The position numbers and the translations under genes are program-made. Below the pieces are notes generated by a model, which was given only the letters and a program-made list of their open reading frames with translations, did not search any database and was not told the DNA's origin. 64,000 nucleotides of DNA from Heterodontus francisci (taxonomy: Eukaryota): the NCBI RefSeq assembly GCF_036365525.1, contig NC_090413.1, forward strand, positions 13,376,151-13,440,150, in the 5' to 3' direction. Shown piece after piece: positions 25,131-37,670 of this stretch (positions within the stretch are counted from its first letter, which is position 1; every line of letters starts with the position of its first letter).

Positions 25131-25429
25131 CTCCCCCAAAGGGGCTCACTGTTCCTATGGTATAGTCAAGCACCAAATGCTTCATCTGCAAGGCTAGACA
25201 GCAAGCAAGACTGAGGAGACATCATAGTAAAATGCTGTCCTCACGTGATCTCATTCAGATTTTGTTTATAAACAGGCAAACGTTTAGTGCTTATACTTAT
25301 GAACCCTTGGTAATATTTGGAGCTGGGAGTCCTGATGAAGTTTTCTACTGGTAATCAGTCCTAGAAAATCCAACTACAGGTAGCAACTTTTGAAAGTGTA
25401 ATCTGAGCCATTGTCAGATGTCAGCTTCA

Positions 25430-25890
25430 ATCCATTAGTAGCACACTCATTAGAAGGGGTAGGGGTTCAAGCCTGAGTTTGACAGTGTAATCTGAGTCCA
25501 CATTTTAGTTCTGTATTGAGACAGTGTATTGCCAGGGATGTTGCCTTCAGTTGAGGCATTAAACAAAAAAGGCCCATCTGCCTATTCCAAGGCACAGACT
25601 CCATGGAACCATCCAAAAAAAAAAGCCAGGTCAACATCTTTTCTCAACCAAAACCAGATTGTTCACTCATCTTATTGCTCCCCATCTCTGCAACCCTCCG
25701 AAAACTATGTTCCTCAATTCTTGACTCTTCAGCATCCCCGATTTCCTTCACCCTCCATTGGTGGCCATGCCTTCAGTTTTCTAGGCCCCCAAGCTCTGGA
25801 ATTCCCTCCCTAAACCTTTCTGCTTCCCTCTCACTTCCTTTAAGAGGCTCCTTAAAAGCTACCTCTTTGACCAAGCTTTTGGTCACATGC
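25430..25890 (+). mobile_element. Degenerate Deu SINE fragment followed by L2 3' fragment
   Basis: SINE head-like ggttcaagcc..gttgaggcattaaac (25430-25670). L2 ccattggtggccatgccttcag..aagctctggaattccctccctaaacc..ctctttgaccaagcttttggtcac (25680-25888). Confidence 0.65.
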
Positions 25891-26430
25891 GAAACAGTAG
25901 GAGCAGGCCCCTCAAGTCTGCTCCGTCATTTAATAAGCTCATGGCTGATCCGCGACCAGAACACCACTTTCTAGCTGATCCACATACCACTTGATGCCCT
26001 TTGAGCACCAATAAAATCGATCAATCTCAGCCTTGCATATACTCAATGACTGAACATCCACAGCACAGAATGACAAAGAGTCATAACCTTCCAAGTGAAG
26101 AATGTTCTCATCTCAATCTGAAATAACTGTTCCCTTATCCAGAGACTGTGCGCTTAGTTCTAGACTCTCCAGCCAGGGGAAAGGGCCTCTAAGCAGCTAC
26201 CCTGTCAAAGCCTCTCAGAATCTTGTGTTTCAATGAGATAACCTTTCATTCTTTTGAACTCCAGAACTTAGAGGCCCATTCTACTTGATCGCTCAGGACA
26301 ACCCTCTCATCCCAGGAATCAATCTTGTGAACCTGCATTGCATCCCCTAAGGCAAGTATATCCTTCTTCAGGTACAGAGACCAAAACTGTACACCATACT
26401 CCAGGTGTGGTCTTACCAAAGCTCCACACA
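25890..26430 (-). mobile_element. CR1 3' fragment
   Basis: ALVRPHLEYGVQFWSLYLKKDILALG on the minus strand. Confidence 0.85.
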
Positions 26431-27890
26431 ACAGCTTCTTATTTTTATGTAACACCTGTCATGCTAAGCCCCCACCTGCCAAGAATGAGGCACATTAATT
26501 TTGTCATGAACATTGATTTTAAACTGTTACTGGAATGAGGGGAGGACTTATTGAACAGATCATTGTGACTGGAAGGGATGCTTGCATATTGGCAGACGGT
26601 GTTTGGAAGAACAAAGCAGCCATTCCCTGACATTCAACCCACAATGGACTTTTGATCACCAGACGTTGAAGGTGGGGGAGCTCGTATTCCAGGTTGACTG
26701 CTAAGTTGGCCGAATACACAAATGGACGTGATCAAACCAGCTAGTCACATGACTATCCTGATGGGCAACCTGAGTTTTTTGAATTTGTACGAACAGTTTG
26801 GGCAGAAAGCTGTTGCTCCTGGACTAAGATCTCTCTCCTGTCTGCTCCCATCTCTTTCTCACAAGCCTCTGAATCTATTTAAGATGCATGAATCCCAAGA
26901 GAGTAAAGTCCCCTAAAGCAAACAAGGCTTAAGAAGAATATAGGGCCCCAAAGAAAAGCAAGGTCTACCTACAATCAAGTACTCTACGGTGAGGTCCAAG
27001 AACCGTAACAACTCTTCAGATATTGCCTCAAACTTTTCCACTGTATTTTTCTTCTGCTCTTTTCTGTCTCTATTTGCATGTGTGTATCGCATATGCATGC
27101 TAGCGTGGGCGTGTCGTGTATCCGTAGGTGTTAACCAAATTAGAGTTTAATTTTAATAAATTTCAACTTTCCTTCTTTAAACCTAAGAAAGCCTGTTTGT
27201 GCTGGTTTCTTTGTCTTATAATTGGAAAGTGGTGAACAAGGATTCACCAAGGGGGAGCTAAAAAAACACGGTATGTTTAAAATTAAACCCTGTTGTAGTA
27301 AAACCAGGGGAAGGCTGAAAGGGACCCTGAGACTCTCTCTCACCTGGTCGTAACACATCTTTAACATAATAAAACATCCCAAGGCACTTCACAGGAGCAA
27401 TATAAAGCAAAATTCGACACCGAACGACAAGAGGCGATATTAGCGCAGATGGCCAAAAGCTTGATCCAAGCAGAAGATTTCAAAGAGCGTCTTAAAGGGG
27501 AAAAAAAGAGATAGAGAGGCAGAGAGGATTAAAGAGGGAATTCCAGAGCTTAGAGCCTTGGCAGCTGAAGACACAGCCACCAATGGTGGAGCACTTAAAA
27601 TCGGGGATGCTCAAGGGGCCAGAATTAGAGAACAGATATCTTGTAGGGTTGTGGGGGTTGCAGGAGATTACAGAGATAAGGAGAGGCAAGGCCATTGAGA
27701 GATTTGAAAATAAGTATTAGAAATTAAAAATGAGATGATGTTTAACCAGGAGCCTATGTCAGTCAGCGAGCACAGGGTGAAGGGGACTTAGTGCAAGTAA
27801 GGACTCAGGCAGTTTGGATAACCTCAAGTTTATGGAAGGTAGAATTTGGGAGATTGGCCAGGAGTGCATTGGAATAGTTGAGTCTAAAAG
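26430..27890 (-). mobile_element. L2-clade LINE 3' fragment interrupted by a solo LTR
   Basis: Removing 26457-27359 rejoins tttatgtaacac-ctttaacataataaaacatcccaaggcacttcacagg, the L2 3' end also seen at 34890-34960. Confidence 0.85.
26457..27355 (+). mobile_element. Solo LTR, Gmr1-like family B
   Basis: TGTCATGCT...GGTCGTAACA. Colinear reverse complement of LTRs 40884-41768 and 44969-45829. 4-bp TSD CACC (26453-26456) / CATC (27356-27359). Confidence 0.95.
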
Positions 27891-29500
27891 TTATTAATAT
27901 AGATTGTAAATAGCTGAGGGTCCAGCACTGATCCCTTTGGTACCCCAATAGTAACAGCCTGCCAACCTGAAAATGTCCTCTTTATTTCTATTCTTCGTTT
28001 TCTGTCCTTTAACCAATCCTCTATCCATGCTAATATATTGTATGAGCCCTTACCTTGTGCAACAATCTCTTATGTAGAACCTTATTGAATGCCTTTTGAA
28101 AAATTTAACATCCACTGGTTCTCCTTTATCTACCCTGCTAGTTACATCCTCAAAACACACAAAAAAACACAATTTCACTTTCATAAAACCATGGTGATTC
28201 TGCCTAATCATGTGATCTAAGTGCCCTGTTACCACTTCCTTAATAACATATCCCAGCATTTTCCTGACCACTGATGTCAGGCTAACTGGCCTGTAGTCCC
28301 ACATTTTCACTCTCCCTTCTTTCTTGAATAGCAGTGTTACATTTGCTACCTTCCAGTCCTTAAGGACTGTTCCAGAATCTAGAGAATTTTGAATGATCGC
28401 AACCAGTGCATCCACTATCTCTGCAGAACCCTAAGATGAGGCTATCCGGTCCAAGGGATTCGTCAGCATTCAGTTCTATTAATATCGCCAGTACTTTTTC
28501 TTTACTAACATTAATTACTTTAAGTTCCTCAGTGTCATTAGATCCTTGGTTGCTCCACAATTTCTGGTATGCGTTTTGCGTCTTTTACTGTGAAAACAGA
28601 CAAAATATTTGTTTGACATTTCCTTATTCTCCATTATAGTTTCTCTGGTCTCAGCCTCTAAAAGATCCACTTTCACTGCTCTCTTCCTTTTTACTTACCT
28701 GTAACAGCTTTCACAATCTGTTTTTATATTTCTGGCTAGTTTACTTTCATATTCAATTTTCCTCCCAATTTAATCAATTTTTTTGAACATCCTTTGCTGG
28801 TATCCTTCTTGGAAATAATATAAACTTCTCTTAATCTAATAGTATCCTTAACCTCTTTAGTTAGCCACGGATGGATCTCTTTTCCCATGGAGTTTTTACT
28901 TCTCAATGGAATGTAGATTCAGTGACAATTATGAAATATCTCTTTAAATGTTCGCTATTGCTCATCTACAGTCATACCTTTGAATCTAATTTCCCAAACT
29001 ACATTAGCTGATTCGCCCCTCATACCCTGTAATTGACTTCAAGTTCAATACTCTAGTTTCAGACTGAGTACATCACTCTCAAACTCGTGAAATTCTATCA
29101 TATTATGATCACTCTTTCCCAGAGGATCCCTTATATAGGATTACTAATTAACCGTGTTTCATTACACAGAACAAGAGATAAAATTGCCTCTTCCCTGGTT
29201 GATTCCACAATGTAGTGTTTTAGGAAATTGTGCCAAATGCATTCCATATATTTGTCCTCCAAACTACTTTTGCCAATTAGATTTGTCCAGTCTATATGAA
29301 AATTAAAGGGCCCATGTTTATCACATAGTGTTTGTTACAAGTTCAATTTATTTCTTGATTAATACTTTGTCCAACAGTATGGCTACCATTAGTGGGCCAA
29401 TACATTAATCCCACAAGTGTTTTCTGACCCTTCTCGTTTTCTTTATATCCCCATTCATACTGATTCTGCTTCCTACTCTTCTGAGCCAAGATCACCTGTC
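27890..29500 (-). mobile_element. Old CR1 ORF2 internal fragment (EN remnants to RT)
   Basis: [33 protein letters not shown] and GVPKGSVL motifs; EN remnants toward 29100-29450. Confidence 0.85.
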
Positions 29501-29760
29501 CTAATACTGCATTCTGTGGTTCAATGATAAATTTTGTTTGACAATGCTCCTGTGAAGCACCTTGGGACTTTTTATGATGTTAAAGACGCTATATAAATAC
29601 AAGTTGTTGTTGTGAGTGGAACTTTGTGCAAAAACTGAGACTTGCCCATGTGAGAGCAGTGCCTGCACTTCAAAGTAATTCACTGTATGTGAAGTGCTTT
29701 GGGACAAGCTGAGATGCGCGATAAGGCACTATTGTGAGTATATGTTATTCCTTTCTTCAT
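29500..29760. mobile_element. Short L2 and Deu-SINE 3' tails
   Basis: gctcctgtgaagcaccttgggac..gttaaagacgctatataaatacaagttgttgttg (L2 tail), then cacttcaaagtaattcactg..gtgaagtgctttgggac (SINE tail). Confidence 0.65.
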
Positions 29761-30410
29761 TAGCATTTCAGATCAGCACATCTGCATAGCTTACAAACCA
29801 GGATCTTGGCTGCAGTTTATATTTTTAAAATTATCGTCTTTGCACTGTTGTTACCAAAGTGATGGCTGACTCTTGCCACTGAATTAGCCTTGTGGAGGAT
29901 ATCTTGCAAAGTTTTTTTTTTAAACCAGGTGATTTTCCATTTTACACTATGGATCACTTAAACAGTAAAATATATGGGTGCTAGAATTGACTTCTGTATG
30001 GACTATCAGGGAAGGGAGAACAAAATATGGTATCTTATATGATACAGTTTCTGTATGAATGGTCAGTGGGTTGAATAGGTGGGCATGGCCAGCACACAGC
30101 AGAGAGATCAGGTCTACAGTGGATATGTACAGTGAGAGGTGAGTTTAGTACACACTCAAGACACCATAACATCAAATTGAGAGAGACTGAGGTAAAATAT
30201 AATCAATGCAATATAAAATAGAGAAAAACTGAGGTGATGATGGGATAGGACTGCAGAGGGAGACCCATTTTCAAAATAGGACAACTTTTGTTGGGTTTGT
30301 AGGTCTTGGTTTGTGAAGTGTTTTCTAAGGCCCAGAGAAGTTTTGCACCTATGGGCTGACGGTTGGTTTAGATATTGTAACATTTTGTTGTATAGTTTAT
30401 ACAGTGTATA

Positions 30411-30770
30411 TATAGAGTCATAGAGAGATACAGCACTGAAACAGGCCCTTCGGCCCACCGAGTCTGTGCCGATCAAAAACTATCCATTTATACTAATCCT
30501 ACATTTAATCCCATATTCCCCACCACATCCCCACCTTCCCTCAATTGTAGGTAAATTGCCACCTACCTACACCAGGGGCAATTTACAATGGCCAATTTAA
30601 CTATCAACCTGCAAGTCTTTGGCTGTGGGAGGAAACCAGAGTACCTGGCAGAAACCCACGCGGTCACAGGGAGAACTTGCAAACTCTGCACAGGCAGTAC
30701 CCAGAACTGAACTCGAGTCGCTGGAGCTGTGAGGTTGTGGTGCTAACCACCGCACCACTGTGCCGTCCTA
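30411..30770 (-). mobile_element. HE1-type V-SINE (tRNA head, V domain, CR1-derived tail)
   Basis: Minus: ggcacagtggtgcggtggttagcac..cctcacagctccagcgac; V domain gagtttgcaagttctccctgtgaccgcgtgggtt..ggtttcctcccaca; tail gggccgaagggcctgtttcagtgctgtatctctctatgactcta. Confidence 0.92.
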
Positions 30771-31294
30771 TATTGAGTGACAGTTTTTTGATTGATTCAA
30801 TACAAGACACCTGGGGAACAGATATCACTGGTGAGCAGTGCCCGGTTGTGCTGAGGCATGTGGGGGATGAGACTATGGTGATTGGTACCTGAAAGATTTG
30901 AAGGCAGGTTGGAATAAAAGAGGTTTGACATTGCAAAATTTGAAGAAAAAGAGACGGAGGCAAAACAGACTTTAGAGGGGGAGCGACAAAATAACAAAAC
31001 ACAGTTTCTGTCCGTCCACATTTTGATTGGTTTGGTGGGTTGAATTGGTGGGTGAAGCCTGAGCTTTGGTTACTGGCCCTGGCTCTTGCCGCTCCCCGGT
31101 CTTGGTTACTGGGCTGACATCTGAAGAGGAAAGTTCAACGAGGGAATCTTAGAGGCATATAAAGTATAAAATAGCATTGCTAAGGGTAAAGAAGATTGCT
31201 ACTCTGATAGTTGGGTAGAAGATGATGCAAATTTTGAGCCCACTTACTAGCAGCCCTTGCTGCTCCCCGGTCTCGCTTATTGGGCTCTTGATGA

Positions 31295-31545
31295 CAATGT
31301 GGGGGGGGGGGGGTGGGAGGAGGGAGACAGAGGCATGTGGAAAGGGGTGAAAGACAGCATGGGAATGGTGGGCGAGATGATGGCATGGATCTGGGGCAGA
31401 TGGCATGGGAGCTGGGGTGGGCTTAGAAGATGGGGGATGGCATAGGAAAATGGGGTGGGAAGGGGGAATGGGATGATATGAGAGGAATGAAAGATGGGTG
31501 TGGCATGAGAAGGATCGCACGGAAAGGATGGAATGGTATGAGATA
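31295..31545 (+). repeat. G-rich, purine-biased low-complexity tract (GGCATGG/GGGATGG-like units, poly-G run)
   Basis: Directly visible. Confidence 0.75.
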
Positions 31546-31989
31546 AGGTTTTAAAGAAGTACTGTTGCAACAAAGATACTAATTTTGCTGCAAATGTTTT
31601 GCGGGTCTCCGCTAGTCACCACATAATCTCATACTTTTGCATCGTGTTTCAACATGAATCAAACACAGTTAAACGAATTAACAAATATGCTTTCACAGAG
31701 AACGCTTCTTTAATGTAAAGCTTTTGGAACATAATCTGACAGTCAATGATGCTGTATTTTGGGAAGCGGATATCAGTGTAATACAGCAGAGGAAGACATT
31801 TCAAAAATAACAGCATTCAATGTGAATACTTTAACATTAGAATACACGATACAAAATTTCTGTATTCAGCAGGTGTACTGCGTGCCCACTCAACAGCAAC
31901 ATTTAGCAAACTGACAAGACCACAGACACTGTACAAGTGTGGGAGGGATAACAATAAATAGTAGAAGGATGATAACAGAACTGAGAGGT

Positions 31990-33085
31990 CATACTCAACA
32001 GGAAAACCTGATCAGACTGGGGTGCTTTTATCTAGAAGAGGGGTGACCTAATAGAGACCTTTAAAATTATGAAGGGGTTTGATAGGGTAGATGTAAAGAT
32101 GATGTTTGGGTGTCCAAAATTAGGTGCCACAAGTATAAGATAGCTGCTAATAAATCCGATCAGGAATTCAGAAGGAATTTTTTTTAACCAGAGTGGTTAG
32201 GATGTGGAACTTGCTACCACATGTTGAGGCAAACAGCAAAGATGCATTTAAGGAGAATCTAGATAAGAACAGGAGTAAGAAAGGAATAGAAGGATATGAT
32301 GACAGGAGCCAGAATTTTACTTTCGTTGGACGTGAGCCTCCGCCTGGCCTGGGGATCAAGATTACATTTTACGGTCCCCAGGCCCTCAATTGGTCAGAGG
32401 CAGGACTGCTACCTCATTGAGGCAGGAAGTCCTGCCTAATGGAGCTGCCAGCCAATCAGCGTGCCAGCAGCTCTTAGTCCCAGCAGTGCCACCGGGAGCA
32501 GTGGCCACTGCTGGGACTGCAACCCAGCTGAAGACTGAAGAGGAAGGACTGCCCGGGTGAAAGTAAGTTTTTGGGGCCTCACCGGGGGTGATCAGACGGG
32601 CCCCAGCGAGGCAAGGGTGATCCACTGAGGGGCATGCTGGGTGTTGGGGGTGGTTGGAGCCTGATCTTGAGGCCCCCCCGCGTTCCCCCCCTTGCCAGGC
32701 CTTCAGAAAGCCACCTGCTTTTGTCAGGCGGCTTCTGTCAGGCATGGGTTACCCGACTGGCCAAGAGTAAAATCCCCATGGTGGAGGGCAGAGGCTCTTA
32801 AGTAGCTGTTAACTGGCCACTTAAGGGCTTTGATTAGCCTGGGGCAGGCGGGCCGGTTTTTGCCGCTGCTGCTCCACGTAAAATGGAGGCAGAGGCAGGA
32901 GTGGGTCGGGAAGAGCCACCCAAGCCTCCCACTCCATTTTACACACCGCCCTCCCACCAAACGGCTCTCTGGGGGGGTCGGCGTAAAATTCCTGCCAGGG
33001 TTAGATGAAGAGAGGTGGGAGGAACATAAATGCCAGTATAGACCAGTTGGAACAAATGGCCTGTTTCTATGCTGTAAGTATTATT
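31990..33085 (+). mobile_element. CR1 3' fragment split by a MITE-like element
   Basis: gggtgacctaatagag..aaaattatgaaggggtttgataggg..cagagtggttaggatgtggaac. The tail resumes at 32997 to aaatggcctgtttctatgctgta. Confidence 0.85.
32306..32996. mobile_element. GC-rich non-autonomous DNA transposon (MITE-like)
   Basis: Imperfect terminal inverted repeats GAGCCAGAATTTTAC / GTAAAATTCCTGCC. Cleanly interrupts the CR1 tail with a 2-3 bp (C)AG duplication. No credible ORF. Confidence 0.8.
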
Positions 33086-33107
33086 GATTTGCTGAGTATT
33101 ATGTTAA

Positions 33108-33415
33108 TTTTTTAAAATTCATTTATGGGATGTGGGCGACGCTTGCCAGGCCAGCATTTATTGCCCACTCCTAATTGCCCTTGAGAAGGTGGTGGTGAGC
33201 TGCCTTCTTGAACTGCTGCAGTCCATGTGGTGTAGGTACACCCACAGTGCTGTTCGGAAGGGAGTTCCAGGATTTTGACCCAGCGACAGTGAAGGAACGG
33301 CGATATAGTTCCAAGTCAGGATGGTTTGTGACTTGGAAGGGAACTTGCAGGTGGTGGTGTTCCCATGTATTTGCTGCCCTTGTCCTTCTAGTTGGTAGAG
33401 GTCTCAGGTTTGAAA
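33108..33415 (-). mobile_element. 3' end of second CR1-group LINE family
   Basis: Near-identical layout to 47640-47732 plus 49410-49600 (YIAVPSLSLGQNPGTP region and 3' UTR). Confidence 0.88.
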
Positions 33416-34249
33416 GAAATTACCAGGACCTCAGTCGAGTTTCAAGATTTTCCTTCACCGTATTTCAGAGGTTCCAAACTTTTTTTTCCTTTATTTGCCA
33501 AGTTTCAGAGTTTCATGTTCCACCCGTGGCCCCATTTTTCTAAGATACAGTATTTTTACACAGAGAATGTTATTTTATCGATTGATATACTGTTCACGAA
33601 TTCTTATATGTTCCCACCCATTGACAAAAAGGCTTGTCTCGAAAAACTGCAAAGCCTCTTTTGCATTTTACTGTGTCCGCAGCTAAGGGTGTTACAGAGC
33701 AAAACACAATGATCCTGGTGACTTCCAGTGCCAAAGTTTTAATTATTTGGAGAGGAGATGGTTCCATATTTGAATATAACCATTTCTTCCCACAGGCCTG
33801 AAAACAAACTCAATTACTACTATACCAAGTGAAAATGACTCAAAAACTCATTAGCAACATCTTCCTCAGAAATGCTTACATTCTCCATCACTCAGCTCCC
33901 CAGGGGAAATCGTTATTAGAACTGTCCAAATCAAAAAAATCTACTAAATCTTGTTCTTGCATATTATTATTACTAAAACTGTCTGCAGATCGACAATTGT
34001 GTAAACTTTATCCCAATAATACCACCCCCATTCAAAACTTAAGGCAGTGATGGCAGACTTTTAATTCAACTTGGCTCCCTCTTTTTCAATTTTCTCCCCA
34101 TTCATCATGAAGGTAGCATTAAAATTTACAAACATGGCACTTTTCTGGTTAGTAATGAGACGGTCATGGTTAATAACTTTAACCTAGAGATGATTAGTGT
34201 TCGTTTTGAATAAAAGTAAAATCGAAGCATCATTTCAACCCTATAATCA

Positions 34250-34605
34250 CGTAGAATTACACTAAAGGAGACTATTCAGCCCATGGAGTCTTCACCAGTT
34301 CCTTCAAAGAACAATCCATTCCCCTGATCTTTCCACAGATCACTGCAATTTTTTCTCCAAGTATTCATCCAAATCCCTTTTGAAAACTACTACTGAATCT
34401 GTATCCATCACCCAATCTGGCAGTGGATTCCAAATCCTAACCACTAATTGCGTAAAAAATGCTTCTCCTCGCATCGCTTCTGGCTCTTTTGCCAATCACA
34501 TTATTATTGATTATTGATCCTTCAGCCACTGGAAACAGTTTCTCTATTCTGTCTAAACCCTGCATGATTTCAAACACCACTATCAAATCTTCTCTTAGCC
34601 TATTA
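34250..34605 (-). mobile_element. Old CR1 3' fragment
   Basis: RLREDLIVVFEIMQGLDRIEKLFPVAEGS on the minus strand. Confidence 0.8.
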
Positions 34606-34889
34606 GGATTTCTTGTGTATAATGAAGCTATCTTCAAACAGTACATAGGCACAGACTGTCCTTCTGTGCTTTGCTCAGTTGACCACTTTTCAGCCTGGAC
34701 GAAGCATTGGGCCTTGTGTTTATAAGTGTTAGGTGCTAGGGGCACCCCTTGCGTCTGGAATTTCTTGGCTGGCAGTTTGCTTGTCCAATTTTGCAGTTAC
34801 GTTAATGTATTAAAATTTCCCAGCTTCTAACCACATTGCTGCTGAGTCAAGCCACAGAGCCTGCCTTAACTGTGCCTCGTGCTTAGACT

Positions 34890-35450
34890 CAACAACTTAC
34901 ATATATGTAGCACTATTAAAGTAATAAAATGTCCTAAGGAACTTCAAAGAGCATTATAAAGCAAAACTTGACACCAGGCCACTTAAGGAGGTATTAGAGC
35001 AGATGGCCAAAAGCTTGGTCAGGGAGGTAGGTTTTAAGGAGTGTTTTAAAGGAAGAGTGAGGTGCAGAGAGGTTTTTGGGAGGGAATTCCAGAACTTAGG
35101 GCCTAGGCAGCTGAAAGGACAACCACCAATGGTGGAGCAATTAAAATCAGGTAAGCTCAAAAGGCCAACATTAGATGAGGGTTGGCAGGCTGGTGGAGAT
35201 TACAGATATAGGGAGGAGGCGAGGCCAGGAAGAATTTGAAAAGAATGAGAATTTTAAAATTGAGGTGTTGCTTAATTGGAAGCCAGTGGAGGTCAGGGAG
35301 CACAGGGGTGAGGGGTGAATAGGGCTTAGTGTGAGTTAGGGCATCGACAGCAAAATTTTGGATGACCTCAAGTTTACAGAGGGCAGAATGTGGGAGGCCA
35401 ATCAGGTATACATTGGAATCATCAAGGCTAGAGGTAACAAAGGTATGGAT
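34890..35450 (-). mobile_element. L2-clade LINE 3' fragment
   Basis: Colinear with 27360-27890. Begins acaacttacatatatgtagcac (reverse of the L2 tail). Confidence 0.85.
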
Positions 35451-35929
35451 GCAATCACTCCTTATTGGCAGTTCATTCCCTTACTGACTGTTGTCAGATA
35501 TTGCAGGGGGTGGGAGGGGGATGCCCCCAACTCTTGCTGTCACTTAGGGCGAAGTGGACAAAAAAAAAACACAAAACACACAAGAAAATTAAACAAGGAA
35601 AATTTGAAGATAAAAGCACAGTAAGCAAAGTCTAATCCAGCCCTTCCTCCTTATGCCCGATAACCTTGTTGAGCCACAAAGTTTGAAAACCTCAGTCCTA
35701 TTAAATCAGTTAGAAAAGAGAAACATGTACTTCACCTGAACCTGCACCAATTATTGACTATGGATAATTATCTTTCCAGATTAATGGAACTGAGTAACTG
35801 GTCATTCATCACATTGCTGCTTGTGGGATCTTGCTGTGTCCAAAATGACAACTGCATTTGACTTCCTGACTGGGCTCTAGATGAAGCAGTTTGTGATATT
35901 TCTGAGATGTGATAAGCTGCTGTATGATT

Positions 35930-36494
35930 GCAGGTCTCAGGCCCTTCGGACTCATTAAAATTTTTAAAGGGAAAGAATGCTGAAAAATAACATTTACTCA
36001 CATTTTCAATTCCCTCTCCCACCCCCCCGCAATGAACAACAAATATGTAAATTGCCCTCTCCCTCCAGAAAAAAAAACTTTTTTTCAGATCTCAAAATTT
36101 CCCGCCTGAACTTCATTACCTATTACCCTCCCCACAGCCAACAAGTGTTTTTCCCACTCTGCACCCCCCGCCCTGATAGCTTTAGTCCTCACCCCTCCCG
36201 ACCAGCATCCCCCCTCGGAACTCCGAACGGATTTCCGAAGGCAGGTGAGGTGCGGCTGGTGGCCATAAAATCGGCGTGGGATGGCCGCTGGAACCAGGTA
36301 AGTTTATTTGCATTTCGTTTTAATTAATCTTAATATGTAAATTAAGCGGGGGGGGGGGGGCGCACCTCACCACCGCCGGTAAAATGTGGCAGGGTCCTCT
36401 CGGCGTCGGGGGTCGTGGCTGGCCGCTCCCGCAAGTATTTTATGGGCGCCCCCGCCACGACCCCCGACGTTGAGGGGCTGGTAAAATTCAGCCC
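35930..36494. mobile_element. Partial GC-rich MITE-like element with subterminal hairpin
   Basis: Ends GTAAAATTCAGCCC, similar to the 32983-32996 terminus. Perfect 16-bp inverted repeat at 36404-36419/36454-36469. Left end not found. Confidence 0.65.
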
Positions 36495-37029
36495 ATCAGG
36501 TGTAGCAGCCAATATAGATGTTGGGTGAATGTACTTCTCTGTGTGGCTACTTTGCAGATTACTATCAATCAGAACCTGACTGAGGGATGCCCAAAGAAGC
36601 CACTTAAACAGTTGACCGACCTTTAATCCAAATCCTTGGGTTTCTTCCCGAGAATGACAGAGGTGCAGTCATCCAGTTAACTATCTGCAGCTTGTTCACT
36701 AAATAATACTAAACAAAACAACTACCTAGATTTGTGAGGATGGTCAGCATGAGTGTTACAGAAAATGATTCATCTGTCTGTATCTACACAATAAAACTGG
36801 TGCCCTATCTTCAACTAGTGTGGTGGTAAAATGAGTGAACAATTTCTTGAAATGAAATTCAGGAACACCTTTAAAAGAGTCTCCTAAGAGTCTATGAGCT
36901 GAACACTCAGCCCAATATATTTGATGACTAATCCTTTCAGCAGACAGAAAATCTAACAATTGCCCATGTGAGAAATTTAAGGATACACATCTGAAGAGGT
37001 TCTAATGGGTATATTCGTTTGGGAGAGAC

Positions 37030-37670
37030 ATTAAACTGAGGTCTCCTCTACCCTCAGGTAAGAGATCCCATGGCAGTCTTCGAATAAAAGCAGGGAAGTT
37101 TTCCTCACTGCCCTGGCCAATGTTAAAGCAAAACCTAGAGAGAGATCATCACGCTGCTGTTTGTGGGACCCTGCTGTGTGCAAACTGCTGCTGAGATTCT
37201 CTACAACGCGAGTACACTTCAAAATGTAGAGGTATTCAAAATCATGAGGGGTTTGGACAGAGTAGATAGGAGAAACTATTCCCAATCGTGAAAGGATCAG
37301 GAACGAGGGGGCACAGATTTAAAGTCATTGATAAAAAGAAAAAGCGACATGGGAAAAACTTTTTCACATAGCGAGTGGTTAAGGTCTGGAATGCGCTGCC
37401 TGTGAGTGTGGTGGAGGCAGGTTCAATTGAAGCATTCAAAAGGGAATTAGACTGTTTTAAGAAAAGTAAAAATGTGCAGGGTTACAGGAAGGTGGAACAG
37501 TGGCACTAGGTCAATTGCTTATTCAGCAAGCCAGTGCAGACACGATGGGCCGAATGGCCTCCTTCTGCACTGTAACAATTCTGTGACTCTTTGAGTGCTT
37601 TAGTGGCTGTGAGGAATGTTTAGAAGATCCTGAGGTTGTGAAAGTCATGACATAAATCCAAAGCTTTCCT
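37030..37670 (+). mobile_element. Deu SINE fragment with CR1 3' fragment (37227-37592) nested inside
   Basis: Deu-domain gatcccatggca..gctgtttgtgggaccctgctgtgtgcaaa..acacttcaaaa. CR1 from gaggtattcaaaatcatgaggg to gggccgaatggcctccttctgcactgtaac. SINE resumes gtggctgtga..tcctgaggttgtgaaag. Confidence 0.8.

Noticed and set aside
25330-25375. Hammerhead ribozyme core (CTGATGA...GAAA; also CTGATGA at 57994)
   Set aside because: The required flanking helices are not present.
31149-31573. Pro/His-rich ORFs
   Set aside because: Artefacts of G-rich low-complexity sequence.
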